From: an uncultured delta proteobacterium
Lineage (GTDB): Bacteria; Desulfobacterota; Desulfobacteria; Desulfobacterales; QNYZ01
Reading direction: 5' to 3'
DNA: 64,000 nt
Assembly (NCBI GenBank): GCA_963845145.1
Contig: CAWJQU010000013.1
Span: 1 to 64,000 of the forward strand
The translations under genes were made by a program, and so were the position numbers. The notes under the pieces were generated by a model. That model worked only from the letters and a program-made list of their open reading frames with translations. It did no database searches and was not told where the DNA came from. Position 1 is the stretch's first letter. Every line of letters begins with the position of its first letter. This document shows, in pieces, positions 53,106-63,318 of this stretch.

Positions 53106-53498
53106 TCCTATTCTCCTTCCGTTGGAAGCGTTATCCTAATGCAAACGATATATATTATACAGGTAAATATGCAACCCCCCCATTGGGTTCGGTTTAGGCA
53201 GGGTGCAAGTCAAGTGTTACCCTTTTGGTATACCGGGGGGAAAATTTTCAAAAAATAATTAAGCAATGGAATGCGCATTTTTGGTTGAGGATCGGGCAAA
53301 AATGACCGGCATAGATGATGTCAGAGGTGATTTTTCTTTACCATTTACCGAATACAAACCGCAAATTGGCTCCGTGGAGATTCTGGCAGGGGATAAACCA
53401 ACGCCGGGCCAGGTGACCCGGCTGATTGGTTGATACCGTGCGGTTGATTCAACGCGGTCAGTCTATCCATTTATTAAATATCGCCACAATAGAATGCT

Positions 53499-54245
53499 TT
53501 ATGCAGCTTGGGCTGTACTCCGAGCTTCCACCTCGGGATGGCTGGGTAGTGTCTCTTCAACGGTCATTGCAAAACGAGCGTTTGCTTTTTTAAGGGCTTC
53601 CACCTTGGTATGGAGATTTTTTACCCGACGCACAATACTATCGATCTCTTTTTGGTTGGGCAGATTGAGCAGGGCGGGAAGCTCTTGAATCCGGCGGTTG
53701 ATCTCTCTTTCAACCCTTTTCTTGCCGGGCACTTTATCAAATGCTTTTTTACCACGGCCCAGCAACCCTTCCATCAGCAACCGAGCATCGTGGCCGAGCC
53801 CATCCATTAATGATTTGTAATCATCGGCGACATCCGACATTTTATCTTGGGTGTCGTCTTGCAGATTTTCAACCAGATTCTTACCGTCGTCTATCAATTC
53901 GGCAACGGCTTTGCGGGGATTTTTTCTCGCTTTTGTAAGAAACGATTTGCCATCTTTAACCATATCGTCGATCTTGGCGAGGGTGTCATTATTCAGGTCC
54001 GTGATGTATTCTTTGCCGTCATCAAAAAGGTCGACCACAGTTTTGCGAGGCGCTTTTTTCAAGTCGCGGACCAGCGCTTTGCCGCTTTTCAGGGGTGCTT
54101 CGATAAACCTTTTGTTAACCGTTTCCAAGCGGTTGGTCAGATTTTCCCTGGCTTCCTGTGCTGTTTTAATAACGTAGAATTGGTTTTTTGCCCTGGAAGG
54201 GGCTTTTCTCTTGGAGTCACTTTTTTTGATTTTAGCTTTTGCCAT
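53499..54245 (-). CDS. Phasin/apolipoprotein-like lipid-body protein
   Basis: Amphipathic helical repeats with 22/44-aa period; C-terminal LNLP...EID....V..L..KVEAL phasin tail. Confidence 0.7.
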   Translation of the reverse strand: MAKAKIKKSDSKRKAPSRAKNQFYVIKTAQEARENLTNRLETVNKRFIEAPLKSGKALVRDLKKAPRKTVVDLFDDGKEYITDLNNDTLAKIDDMVKDGKSFLTKARKNPRKAVAELIDDGKNLVENLQDDTQDKMSDVADDYKSLMDGLGHDARLLMEGLLGRGKKAFDKVPGKKRVEREINRRIQELPALLNLPNQKEIDSIVRRVKNLHTKVEALKKANARFAMTVEETLPSHPEVEARSTAQAA

Positions 54246-54309
54246 TTAATATCTCCTTTTGGATTTAAAAATTATCCGGACACCTATATCAACGTTTCGG
54301 GCCCGATTA

Positions 54310-54351
54310 TTACGCATTGCGTTATAAAAGCAAATATGATGCAGTGCGTTA
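54310..54351. promoter_or_regulatory. Two candidate PhaR-type operators upstream of the phasin gene
   Basis: TTACGCATTGCGTTA (54310-54324) and TATGATGCAGTGCGTTA (54335-54351); the second sits in the spacer of a minus-strand TTGACA-17-CATATT. Confidence 0.65.
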
Positions 54352-54474
54352 TGTTTGTCAAGGAGATATTAAAAAAAACGTTGTGAAGGTATAATATAAT
54401 AGATGTTGGATTTATCGCGGATTAGAGATATCTGCCGGCCAGAAACAGCCCCTAATTATCGATACTTCTGACCG

Positions 54475-55316
54475 TTATGACGGACAATATGATTCCAGAA
54501 ACTGTTTAATTTTGTTTCGGTATCCCTGTTGAAATGACGAGTCACTGTGCCCTGCTCCTCCGGCCACCCAAACTTTTGCATTGCTTGACGGAAAACTATC
54601 TGCCAGATCTTGTGCAAATGATACCGGAAACGTCATATCCTTTTCCCCATGAATAAGCATAACCGGGATGTTTACGCCCGGTGCCAGGGATTTGGGGCTT
54701 AGTGGTTCCAATTGATTGCGGTACAAGACCTTTATCCATCCAGAAAACAATTCCAGGGCCGAAAATCATACCGAAATATTTGTTAAATGACGTATAGAGA
54801 TTTAACAAAGCCGGCTTCGTTTCAGCATAGCACCCTTCCAGGTATAAAAGTTTAACCCGTTTGGGGTGACCGGGAAACGGCAATCATTGCCCCGGCGGCA
54901 CCAGCCGAGTGGCCATAGAGGATCACGGGTTCACCGATCCATTTAAGAACTGTCTCAATATCCTCACCAAAACGAATACCGTTCATCAATCTGCATGGTG
55001 AAGATCCGCCATGGTCCCGGGCACTGTGGATCACAGTCGTATAGCCCCATTTCCCGAACATCTGTGCCCGATTGGTCATACGGTCACGGTTTCGGCTCCA
55101 TCCGTGAGCAAGGACGACGATGCCTTTTGACGGCCCATCCGGCTCAATCCGCCATACTTCCAGAAATCCGCCATCAACCGCCAGGATTCGTGTGTCCGTT
55201 ACTTTTCCCCATGCGGGTTTATCCGTTACCGGTTTTCGGGGTTTTCTATGAACCATGTAGGTGAAACAAATTGAACTTATGATATAACCAAAAAGAACGG
55301 TCGTAATAAAAGTCAT
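54475..55316 (-). pseudogene. Membrane-anchored alpha/beta hydrolase, two frameshifts as assembled
   Basis: N-terminal TM, HGW, R.HG.S and GHSAG; then RVKLLYLEGCY; then PVMLIHGEKD and GAGHS in successive frames (shifts near 54870 and 54731). Confidence 0.85.
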
Positions 55317-55369
55317 TATATTTTACCCGTTTTCCCTGACGACCACTATTTCATTTTTACCATTCCCCT

Positions 55370-57159
55370 TTATGCGTATAAACCCTCAATCTGATCCATA
55401 TACTGGTCCAGAACGATTCGCCGTTTAAGTTTCATGGTCTGGGTGAGTGTCCCGTTTTCAAGGGTGAAGTTTTCACTCAGAAAAATGAATTTTCTGGGTA
55501 TTTCATACCCTCCGAATTTCCCTTTCAGGAATGTGGCGATTTCATCGGAGATCATCTTTTTAACATCATCTCTTTGGATAAGCGTTTTCGGATCATTTGG
55601 CAGATTATGTTCTGCGGCATATTGTTCAAGTATGAGAAAATCGGGGGCAACCAGGCAAACATTAAACGCTCGACCCTCGCCATGAATCATCGCATTTTCA
55701 ACAAGCGGAAGTAGCTTAATTTCTTCTTCAATGGCGGCAGGAAAAACATATTTGCCGTTTTCAAGCTTATATTGTTCCTTTATTCTGCCGGTGATGAAAA
55801 GATACCCATCTTTATCGAGCCGCCCTCGGTCACCGGTTCTAAAACCACCGTCCTCAGTCATCACCTCTTTTGTGGCTTCGGGTTTGTTATGATACCCTTG
55901 CATCACATTCGGGCCGTAGATGATAATCTCTCCATCTTCACCACCTTCGGAAAGCACTTTATCAATTTCTACCCGGACGTGCTCAATGGGTCGTCCCACA
56001 GTTCCGGGTTTGTGGGCATGGGGTCCGTTCATTGTCGCCGCCGGAGAGGTTTCCGTCAGTCCGTAACAGTCATAAACCGGGATTCCCATGTCGGAAAAAA
56101 AGTGTCCAATCTCAACATTCATGGTCGCACTTCCACTCAGGGCACCTGTTAATCGTCCGCCAAACCGGGCCCGGATTTTCTTGAACACAACCGCGTCGGC
56201 AACCTTGTATTTAAGGTTGGTGAAAAAATCAGATTGGCCATTTTCTGATAATTCGCGCCTTTTTTTAGCGGATTCAATTCCCATAACAAACAACTTTTTG
56301 GCTAGCCCCCCGGTTTCGTTCATTTTTGCCCACAAACCCGCATAAATTTTGTTAAACACCCTTGGTACGGCAATAAGGAAGGTCGGCCGAACTTTTCCCA
56401 TATCATCTGCCAACGTGGTAACATCTTCCATAAACCCCACGGAACCGCCGATGTGTGACAAAAAGATACAGCTCACCCGTCTGGCCGAAAGAGTGGGCCC
56501 AGGGAAGGATGGAGAGACCCCGGTCATTCTCATTCAATTCCGGAAAAACCTTATGCCCGGCAAGGACATTACTCGTAAAGTTTCCGTGAGAAAGAAGCAC
56601 CCCTTTGGGGTTGCCGGTGGTGCCCGAGGTATAAATCAATACGGCAATATCTTCGGGTTTGGGGCGAATGGCAGCGACCGGGCCGGCCGCACCCATTTTT
56701 TCCAGGCCGGACATGGTGTTTTCTCCTTCACCTTCTATCCGATAGACCTTTTCAAGTCCCGGTAGCTCTTCACGCATGGCGACTATCTGGTCATATATTT
56801 CCTGGGTGGCAACAAGCAGCAGCTTGATTTTGCCGTCATTGATTATGTGCTTCCAAATTTTAACAAGTTCTTTTTCGTACATGGGAATGTAGCGCGCGCC
56901 CAGGCCGAATGTGGCAAAGGCGGCGACCGCCCATTCATTGCGGTTGCTTGCAATGATACCGACGGCATCGCCCTTTTTAATACCCGCCTGGCTCAGACCC
57001 CCACGCAGGTTGTCAATGCGTGTTCCGACTTCGCGGTAGGTTGCCCACTCATATTCCCCGCCACTGTTCTTGCGTTCCAAACATGGCATTGTCAGGATAC
57101 TTCTCAACGCTGTTTTCGACCAATTCAACCAAATTGTCTGGCTTTTCAAAGATATGCAT
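55370..57159 (-). pseudogene. Long-chain acyl-CoA synthetase (AMP-dependent), two frameshifts as assembled
   Basis: AGGAGG then ATG 57159 (MHIFEKPDNLVEL); YTSGTTGNPKGV, LPWAH, VPRV, YGLTE, RTGD and GRIKE..KLENGKYV.P; shifts near 57072 and 56460. Confidence 0.92.
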
Positions 57160-57178
57160 GTTTTCCTCCTTCGGGTTA

Positions 57179-58876
57179 TTAAGGATTCATCTCATAGGTA
57201 TCTTTCAATGTATAGACATATTTCTGCCATATCTTTTGAAATTTCTCTTCGTTCATCACTGGTTTTTTGATCATTTTCAGGCACAATGCCATCTGCTTTT
57301 CGGTACTGCCTGTCTTGGAGTATATCTGTAGGGCATATTTGGAAAAGTCCCTGATCATGAAATCAAATATCTGATCAAGGAGATCATTCTCAATTTTTTC
57401 CATTTTTGATTTTTCAATAATCAGCTGGCCATAAACCACTAGGGTGAACAATTCTCCAAGGCTAAGGAGAAAATCAATATTCTTGGTCTGCTCTTCACTG
57501 GGGGTCGCTGTTATGAGAAATTCTTTCAGAATCTCAATCTGTTCCTTGAAAACATGGATATTGGGCAGGTCAACGCTGCTGAAAGCTTTGTTAAAATCAT
57601 GAAACCTGATTTTCCCCAAGCCTTTGGTTGCCCCCTGGTTAAAGAGAAAATCATCATTTTGGGGATCATCCCTTTTGGGAATTTCAGGAAATTCAGCAGG
57701 GTTAAAGAAATAATTGGCCATGAACTTGATGATTAGCGCCATATTGACATGAACGGTTCCCTCAAGTTTGGGAAGTGCACGGATATCCTTGGCGGCATTT
57801 TCAAAATAGACATCCTTTTCAAATCCCCTTGCCGCAATGACATCCCAGAGCAGGTTGATGACCTCCTCTCCCTGGGTTGTCACCTTCATCTTAACCATAG
57901 GATTAAAGAGAAGGTAGCGCCGGTCTTCGGCTGAAGCCGAGCGCATGTAGTCAACCGACCGGGAAGCAAAGAGTTTCATGGCCGCCAGGCGGGTATAGGC
58001 ATCGGTGAAAAGTTGCTGAATATGAGGGAAATCGGTAACATATTTACCGTAAAGATTCCTATGCGCCGCATGGGTGATGGCTTCGTAAAAGGCATGCGTA
58101 CAGATTCCTATGGATGCCCAGCCCAGGTTAAATTTTCCCACATTAATGGTATTCAGGGAGGAGTCCCAGGCGTCCCGTCCGGTGGAAAGTATCTCGGCAT
58201 CTGTAATCGGATAACCACTCAAAGCATACTCTGCCACATAGCTCTGCCAGTCAACAACATTTTTTACCAATTCGTAGTTTTCGTGTTTGGGATCGGCTAC
58301 AAAAAAAACATACTCATCGGTTTCCGAGTTTTTGCCAAAAGTAGAAACCAGGGCGGCCTCATTGGCATTGCCGATATAATATTTCCCCCCGTCGGCAACA
58401 TATTTCCCTTCTGCAAGCGGTGTGAGGGCCATCTCTGACGAGTAGAGATCCGCCCCGTGAGCCTTTTCAGAAAGACCAAAAGCGAAAATGCCACCTTCCT
58501 CAAGGAGTTTGGCCGTTTTGTTTTTTACTTCTTCATTGTTCCCCATCCATATGGGGCCAAGCCCGAGGATGGTCACCTGCCATGTGTACCAGTATGCAAG
58601 GCCGTAAAAACCAAGGATTTCATTAAAATCACATATCCGGGCCGTATCCCACCGGGTATCGGGATCATCACTGTACTGGGATGGCGTAAGCAGCGTGGCA
58701 AAAATCCTGTTCTCTTTAACAAAATTGAGAAAATCCGAATACCAGACTCGATCATTGTAGTCTTTTTTTAAATTTTGCTTACCTTTCTTTTCAAAAAATG
58801 CGATTGTTTTCAGCATTATTTCTCGTGATCGCACATCAAGATGCTCATATTTGTTGCTTTTAGGGTTTAACAGCAT
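57179..58876 (-). CDS. Acyl-CoA dehydrogenase family protein
   Basis: W.V.ILGLGPIW, AFGLSE..HGAD, GKYYIGN, R.LYG and LP.LEGT motifs; ATG 58876 fits the RBS best. Confidence 0.9.
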   Translation of the reverse strand: MLLNPKSNKYEHLDVRSREIMLKTIAFFEKKGKQNLKKDYNDRVWYSDFLNFVKENRIFATLLTPSQYSDDPDTRWDTARICDFNEILGFYGLAYWYTWQVTILGLGPIWMGNNEEVKNKTAKLLEEGGIFAFGLSEKAHGADLYSSEMALTPLAEGKYVADGGKYYIGNANEAALVSTFGKNSETDEYVFFVADPKHENYELVKNVVDWQSYVAEYALSGYPITDAEILSTGRDAWDSSLNTINVGKFNLGWASIGICTHAFYEAITHAAHRNLYGKYVTDFPHIQQLFTDAYTRLAAMKLFASRSVDYMRSASAEDRRYLLFNPMVKMKVTTQGEEVINLLWDVIAARGFEKDVYFENAAKDIRALPKLEGTVHVNMALIIKFMANYFFNPAEFPEIPKRDDPQNDDFLFNQGATKGLGKIRFHDFNKAFSSVDLPNIHVFKEQIEILKEFLITATPSEEQTKNIDFLLSLGELFTLVVYGQLIIEKSKMEKIENDLLDQIFDFMIRDFSKYALQIYSKTGSTEKQMALCLKMIKKPVMNEEKFQKIWQKYVYTLKDTYEMNP

Positions 58877-58973
58877 GTGGCACATCTCCTTTTTAAACGG
58901 ATTTCAAATGTGGAAGGATGAGGGTTTTCAAAATAGAAGAAAAGGTTCAATCGGGTTTTAACGTTTTTTTCGT

Positions 58974-59810
58974 TCAAGGCGTGACCCATTCTCCTTCTTT
59001 TCTGTAATCAAGACTGATCTGTTTCAGTTCATTCTTATGCTTTAAAAAGCGTGATTTCATACCCACCAGCCACTCCCCGTGCTTGATCACATCTTGGAGA
59101 GTCAGGAAAAATTCATGATCACTTTTTCTGATGTCAAAAACCGGACCGCCCTTTTTCATATCAATCGTCCCGATATTGCTGCATAGCATGCATTGAATCC
59201 TGTTATTTTCAAGGAAACGGAATGTCTCTCCCCCGCACAGGGGACAGGATGAACTTTTTTTATTTGATACCGGTTCAAACAGAGTTGACGCCAGTTGGGA
59301 AGCGATTTCCTTGTTTTTGGGGTGCATAAAAATTTCTCCGGGAAGCGCTCCATAAACAATTACGCTTTTTTTCATATCGGCCAGAAGAAGCTTAATGAAA
59401 CTTTCGATGCCGAGAAGGGTATAGCCTTCCTTACCTTCAATACCCGCAATACCAATGCCGACCGCCGGCTTTCCCCACAATTTTTCAGCGTTGCTATACA
59501 GGGCAAGCCCCCTGTCCGTGAACCGTTTAAGGCTGGCATTGGCTCCCAGAAAATAAGTGGGCGTCGATACAATCAACGCATCGGATTCCAGGATAATGTC
59601 AGCAATCCGGTTATAGTCATCTTTTAAAACACAGCCTTTTTGTTTTATCAGGCACATGTAACAACCGGTGCAGGGCATGATATTAAAATCAGACAGACGC
59701 AGGAGTTTCAGTTGATGTGGTTCGGTGATATTTCGGCTTATCTCCTTAATGATGATCTCACTATTCCCCAGCTTTCGGGGTGAACCGATTATTCCGAGTA
59801 TTTTTTTCAA
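58974..59810 (-). CDS. Flavodoxin-fold iron-sulfur flavoprotein / FMN reductase with a C-terminal Cys cluster
   Basis: GSPR..GNS, CTGCYMC....GC..KDD, TPTY, CPLCG...CMLC; TTG start 59810. Confidence 0.85.
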   Translation of the reverse strand: MKKILGIIGSPRKLGNSEIIIKEISRNITEPHQLKLLRLSDFNIMPCTGCYMCLIKQKGCVLKDDYNRIADIILESDALIVSTPTYFLGANASLKRFTDRGLALYSNAEKLWGKPAVGIGIAGIEGKEGYTLLGIESFIKLLLADMKKSVIVYGALPGEIFMHPKNKEIASQLASTLFEPVSNKKSSSCPLCGGETFRFLENNRIQCMLCSNIGTIDMKKGGPVFDIRKSDHEFFLTLQDVIKHGEWLVGMKSRFLKHKNELKQISLDYRKEGEWVTP

Positions 59811-59912
59811 AGCGATTCCTTTTCTCAAGGCGTTTACGTACAAAGAATCCGGATAGCCAACTATTACCTAAATTTCACAAAAAATCGCTCAACTTAGGTA
59901 TTATCACATTTT

Positions 59913-59926
59913 GTTAGTATACAAAC
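59913..59926. promoter_or_regulatory. Candidate MarR operator
   Basis: Near-palindrome GTTAGTATACAAAC; related CTTTGTATGCGAAC (60408-60421) lies upstream of marR itself. Confidence 0.5.
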
Positions 59927-59973
59927 TTAAGCCTCAATAAAAATCAGGCCCTTTTCGGCCCAGGCGCCATGGC

Positions 59974-60396
59974 CTATAAAAGATCTCTCAACATGCGCTT
60001 CAACAATACCTGTTCTTCCAGTGTGAAACCTGCCAGGAGTGCTTCGTTGGCCTTTTTCCGCTCCTCAATCAGACGATCTTTCATTTCAGTTGCCCTGGAT
60101 GAAGGGAAAAGCCTGTTCGCCCTTAAATCTTCTGCATCCTGTTTCTTTATTATCCAGCCGGCATCCACCATTCGGTCAAGAACCCCTGACAAGGTGGCCT
60201 TGTCCAGGATTAGGCTTTTTCCCAGTTCTGAAGCGGTAACCCCATCACGGTACCACAGGCCTTCAAGAACCAGGTGTTGCATATTTGTCAAACCATAGGG
60301 TTTCAAACGTTTCTTAAAGTCGCCATGGGCCTTCTGATATGCTTTACCCAACAGAAAAACCGTACAATCAGGTGAATCTTCAGGTATTTTTGTCAT
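59974..60396 (-). CDS. MarR-family transcriptional regulator
   Basis: YGLT..Q..VL..L, LDKATLSG.LDRM...GWI and D.R motifs. Confidence 0.93.
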   Translation of the reverse strand: MTKIPEDSPDCTVFLLGKAYQKAHGDFKKRLKPYGLTNMQHLVLEGLWYRDGVTASELGKSLILDKATLSGVLDRMVDAGWIIKKQDAEDLRANRLFPSSRATEMKDRLIEERKKANEALLAGFTLEEQVLLKRMLRDLL

Positions 60397-60634
60397 TTTC
60401 CAATCTCCTTTGTATGCGAACTATTATGTTCCTTAGTTGCTGTCAAGGGATTTTTGCTGGGTCGAACCGGTATGCCCTCTGAAACTAAAAATACGAATCG
60501 GGTAATGTGACCCCGGATAGATTGACATTAAAGCCGCTGTTGGTATATTTCTTAAGACTTGAAGTCATCGGTGATGAAAGGCCGTTCGGTCATAATCTTT
60601 CAAATAATTAAGAATTGCTAAGGGGCACATCGGA

Positions 60635-62122
60635 ATGGATCGTGAACTCATTTTAAATTACGAAAAAGATATCGGATCGGCATTTGAGGATAGCCTTACC
60701 GAGATCTACACCCACGATTTTTTCCAGCTGGCCCTTGAACGCGAGATCGAACGTGCCAAACGGTACGACGCAAAATTCATTCTGGCTATGCTTGGGGTCG
60801 ATGATTTTGCTTCATTCAACGAGCATCATGGTATCCTCAAGGCAAACATGCTGCTACGGCAGATTGCCGCAATTATCAAAGTCAATATGCGCCAGACGGA
60901 TTTGGTGGCGCGGTATGCCGGCAGCAGCTTTGCAGTCATTATGACCGATACCCATCCAGCCGGTGGGCTGCGCGTCCTGGAACGCGTTCAACGTAAAATT
61001 GCCGCTGCCATGAATAATGAGATTAGCATTAGTATCGGCTTGGCGACCTGGCCCCAGAATGCGAATACCAAAAAAGGAATGCTTGAGACAGCGACGGCTG
61101 CACTGGAACAGGCTCGGGTCCGGGGCTTTAACAGTCTATTCTCCTTTGACGTTGCAAAAACGACACCGATCGACAAAGAGCTTCCTCTGGTATTGCTGGT
61201 AGATGATGAGCCGATGAATCTTAAATTGATGGAAGCGTTAATGGTGTCATTAAAATATGATGTCGTTAAAGCTTCCAACGGTCTCGAAGCCCTTGACGTG
61301 ATCGCTCGTGAGGATGTCGATTTGGTACTGCTGGACGTGATGATGCCTGAAATGGATGGATTTGAAGTATGCCGACGGCTCAAGTCCAAAGAGCGTACCC
61401 GTATGATTCCGGTGATCTTGGTCACAGCGTTAGAGGATACCGAATCCAAAATCAGAGGTATCGAATCGGGTGCGGACGATTTCATCTCTAAACCGCCCAA
61501 TCTGGCTGAACTGCGGGCACGTACCAAATCCCTGATTCAACTTAATATACTAAATCGTAATCTGGCCAGTATTGAAACGGTTCTCTTCTCTCTTGCTAAT
61601 GCCGTGGAAGCTAAATGCGCTTATACCCAGGGACATATCACACGGGTTTCCAATATGGCGGTTCAGTTGGGCCGTAAAATGGGTCTTAGTGATGCAGAAC
61701 TGGAAGCCTTGCGCTTAGGCGGAGCACTCCATGATATCGGTAAAATCGGTATCAGTGAAGCCATTCTCAATAAGACCGAACCTCTTAATGCCGGCGAACA
61801 AAAAATTATGCAAACCCACGCCGAAATCGGCTATCGTATCTGTCTGCCCCTTGAAAAAAACCTGGGCGCCGCTCTGGATGTCGTCCGCCACCATCACGAG
61901 AAGATGGACGGTTCGGGGTACCCCGATGGCATTGACCGCGATGAGATCTCTAATGTTGCCCGAATCATGGCCGTGGTGGATATTTATGATGCCCTCACAT
62001 CCGACCGACCTTATCGAAAAGGATTGATCCACGAAAAAGCGGTCGACATTCTCCGCGAGGAGGCCGAAGCCGGGAAACTCGACCCCAGCGTGGTTGCGGC
62101 ACTGGTGACGATGGTCACCTGA
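60635..62122 (+). CDS. Degenerate GGDEF - REC - HD-GYP c-di-GMP phosphodiesterase
   Basis: RQTD..ARYAGSSF replaces GGDEF; REC LVDD...LLDVMMP..DG...KP; LHDIGK, HHEK.DGSGYP and D.YDA...RPY. Confidence 0.9.
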   Translation: MDRELILNYEKDIGSAFEDSLTEIYTHDFFQLALEREIERAKRYDAKFILAMLGVDDFASFNEHHGILKANMLLRQIAAIIKVNMRQTDLVARYAGSSFAVIMTDTHPAGGLRVLERVQRKIAAAMNNEISISIGLATWPQNANTKKGMLETATAALEQARVRGFNSLFSFDVAKTTPIDKELPLVLLVDDEPMNLKLMEALMVSLKYDVVKASNGLEALDVIAREDVDLVLLDVMMPEMDGFEVCRRLKSKERTRMIPVILVTALEDTESKIRGIESGADDFISKPPNLAELRARTKSLIQLNILNRNLASIETVLFSLANAVEAKCAYTQGHITRVSNMAVQLGRKMGLSDAELEALRLGGALHDIGKIGISEAILNKTEPLNAGEQKIMQTHAEIGYRICLPLEKNLGAALDVVRHHHEKMDGSGYPDGIDRDEISNVARIMAVVDIYDALTSDRPYRKGLIHEKAVDILREEAEAGKLDPSVVAALVTMVT

Positions 62123-62131
62123 CTTGCCTAA

Positions 62132-62297
62132 AGGCTCGCGCAAAAATAATTTCACATTTTAAGCGCCGATGCATCCCGATGCATCCCGTCTGGCGATGTT
62201 GCGAAAGCTCGGAATATCTCGATATTCCTGCGCTTTCACGCCTTGCCAGGCGGGCGCCTCAACACCTAAAACTGTGAACTTATTTTTACACGAACCC
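62132..62297 (-). mobile_element. 166-bp palindromic MITE/ERIC-like element, copy 2 (inverted)
   Basis: Reverse complement of 25759-25914 with 6 substitutions and a 10-bp tandem duplication (CGATGCATCC). Confidence 0.88.
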
Positions 62298-62372
62298 TAC
62301 GGGTGACGCATTCCGATGCGCAGAAGTTACCCATAGAAAAAAACGGGGTATCGATATTCCTATTTCACTGGC

Positions 62373-63269
62373 TCATCGGACGTGTTGGTGCCAGTCCGTC
62401 GTTTTGAACCACTTGTGATGCAATTTTTCAAAACGGCCATCCTTTTTAATATCCGCCAAAAATGTATTCAGCCATTTGAGAAAATCCGGATCATTCTGTC
62501 GAATGGCCCAGGCTATCGGTTCTACGGTGAATGGCTTATCGAGAAATATGATTTTATCGGTGCCATGGAGCGCTGAGAATACGGCATTGAACGGTAAGTC
62601 GTAAACAAATGCATCCGCCCTGCCATCAAGTACGGCCATCGCTCCGGCTTCTTCGGTATTATATGGTTGATAGGTGCAGTCGGGAATCATTTTGCGGACC
62701 GCAGCTTCACCGGTAGTGGCCGGTTTGGAAGCTACCGTATATTTTGGGTCATTCAGATCCTTGTAAGACTTGACCGTGTCATGATGCTTTTTGTTCAAAA
62801 GAACCGTTTGGCCTATCCACATGAAAGGTTCCGAAAAATCCACCCTGTTTTTGCGGTCTTCCGTCACGGACATGCCACTCATGATGATATCAAACCGGCC
62901 CAGATTGAGGGCCGGAATAATGCTGGGCCAGAGTGTGTCAACAAACTCTGCCCTGACGCCCAGCGCCTTGGCCATTTCAATGCCCATATCGATATCGAAT
63001 CCGATTAGACTAAGCTGGCGTCCTTTTTTCCGGAATCCGCCATGGCGGATCTCCTTCTGGCGGAGACCACTGCGCTGATCGATCATCTCAAAGGGCATGT
63101 AGCCTACCTCCAGGCCAATCCGCAGTTTGCCCCGTTTTAAAATACCCTCTAAGGTGGAGTCCTTTGACAATTCAACATCCGCGGCCATTACCGGGATATC
63201 GCCTTGCCCTATGAAAGAGACGATCACAAATACTAAAATGATTATTTTAAAGCAGATTGTCTTATGCAT
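62373..63269 (-). CDS. Polar amino-acid ABC transporter substrate-binding protein
   Basis: Signal peptide; G.LRIG...Y.PFE, GFDID and IIPAL..GRFDII.SGMS.T..R motifs. Confidence 0.92.
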   Translation of the reverse strand: MHKTICFKIIILVFVIVSFIGQGDIPVMAADVELSKDSTLEGILKRGKLRIGLEVGYMPFEMIDQRSGLRQKEIRHGGFRKKGRQLSLIGFDIDMGIEMAKALGVRAEFVDTLWPSIIPALNLGRFDIIMSGMSVTEDRKNRVDFSEPFMWIGQTVLLNKKHHDTVKSYKDLNDPKYTVASKPATTGEAAVRKMIPDCTYQPYNTEEAGAMAVLDGRADAFVYDLPFNAVFSALHGTDKIIFLDKPFTVEPIAWAIRQNDPDFLKWLNTFLADIKKDGRFEKLHHKWFKTTDWHQHVR

Positions 63270-63318
63270 GGTCGTTTCTCCTTTCTGCTTTTTAATTTTT
63301 TACCGATGACCAACGTTT

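Noticed and set aside
25759..62297. The two inverted element copies as ends of a 36-kb composite transposon or invertible segment
   Set aside because: No transposase or recombinase, no matching outer target duplication, and a third relative lies outside; dispersed copies are the simpler explanation.
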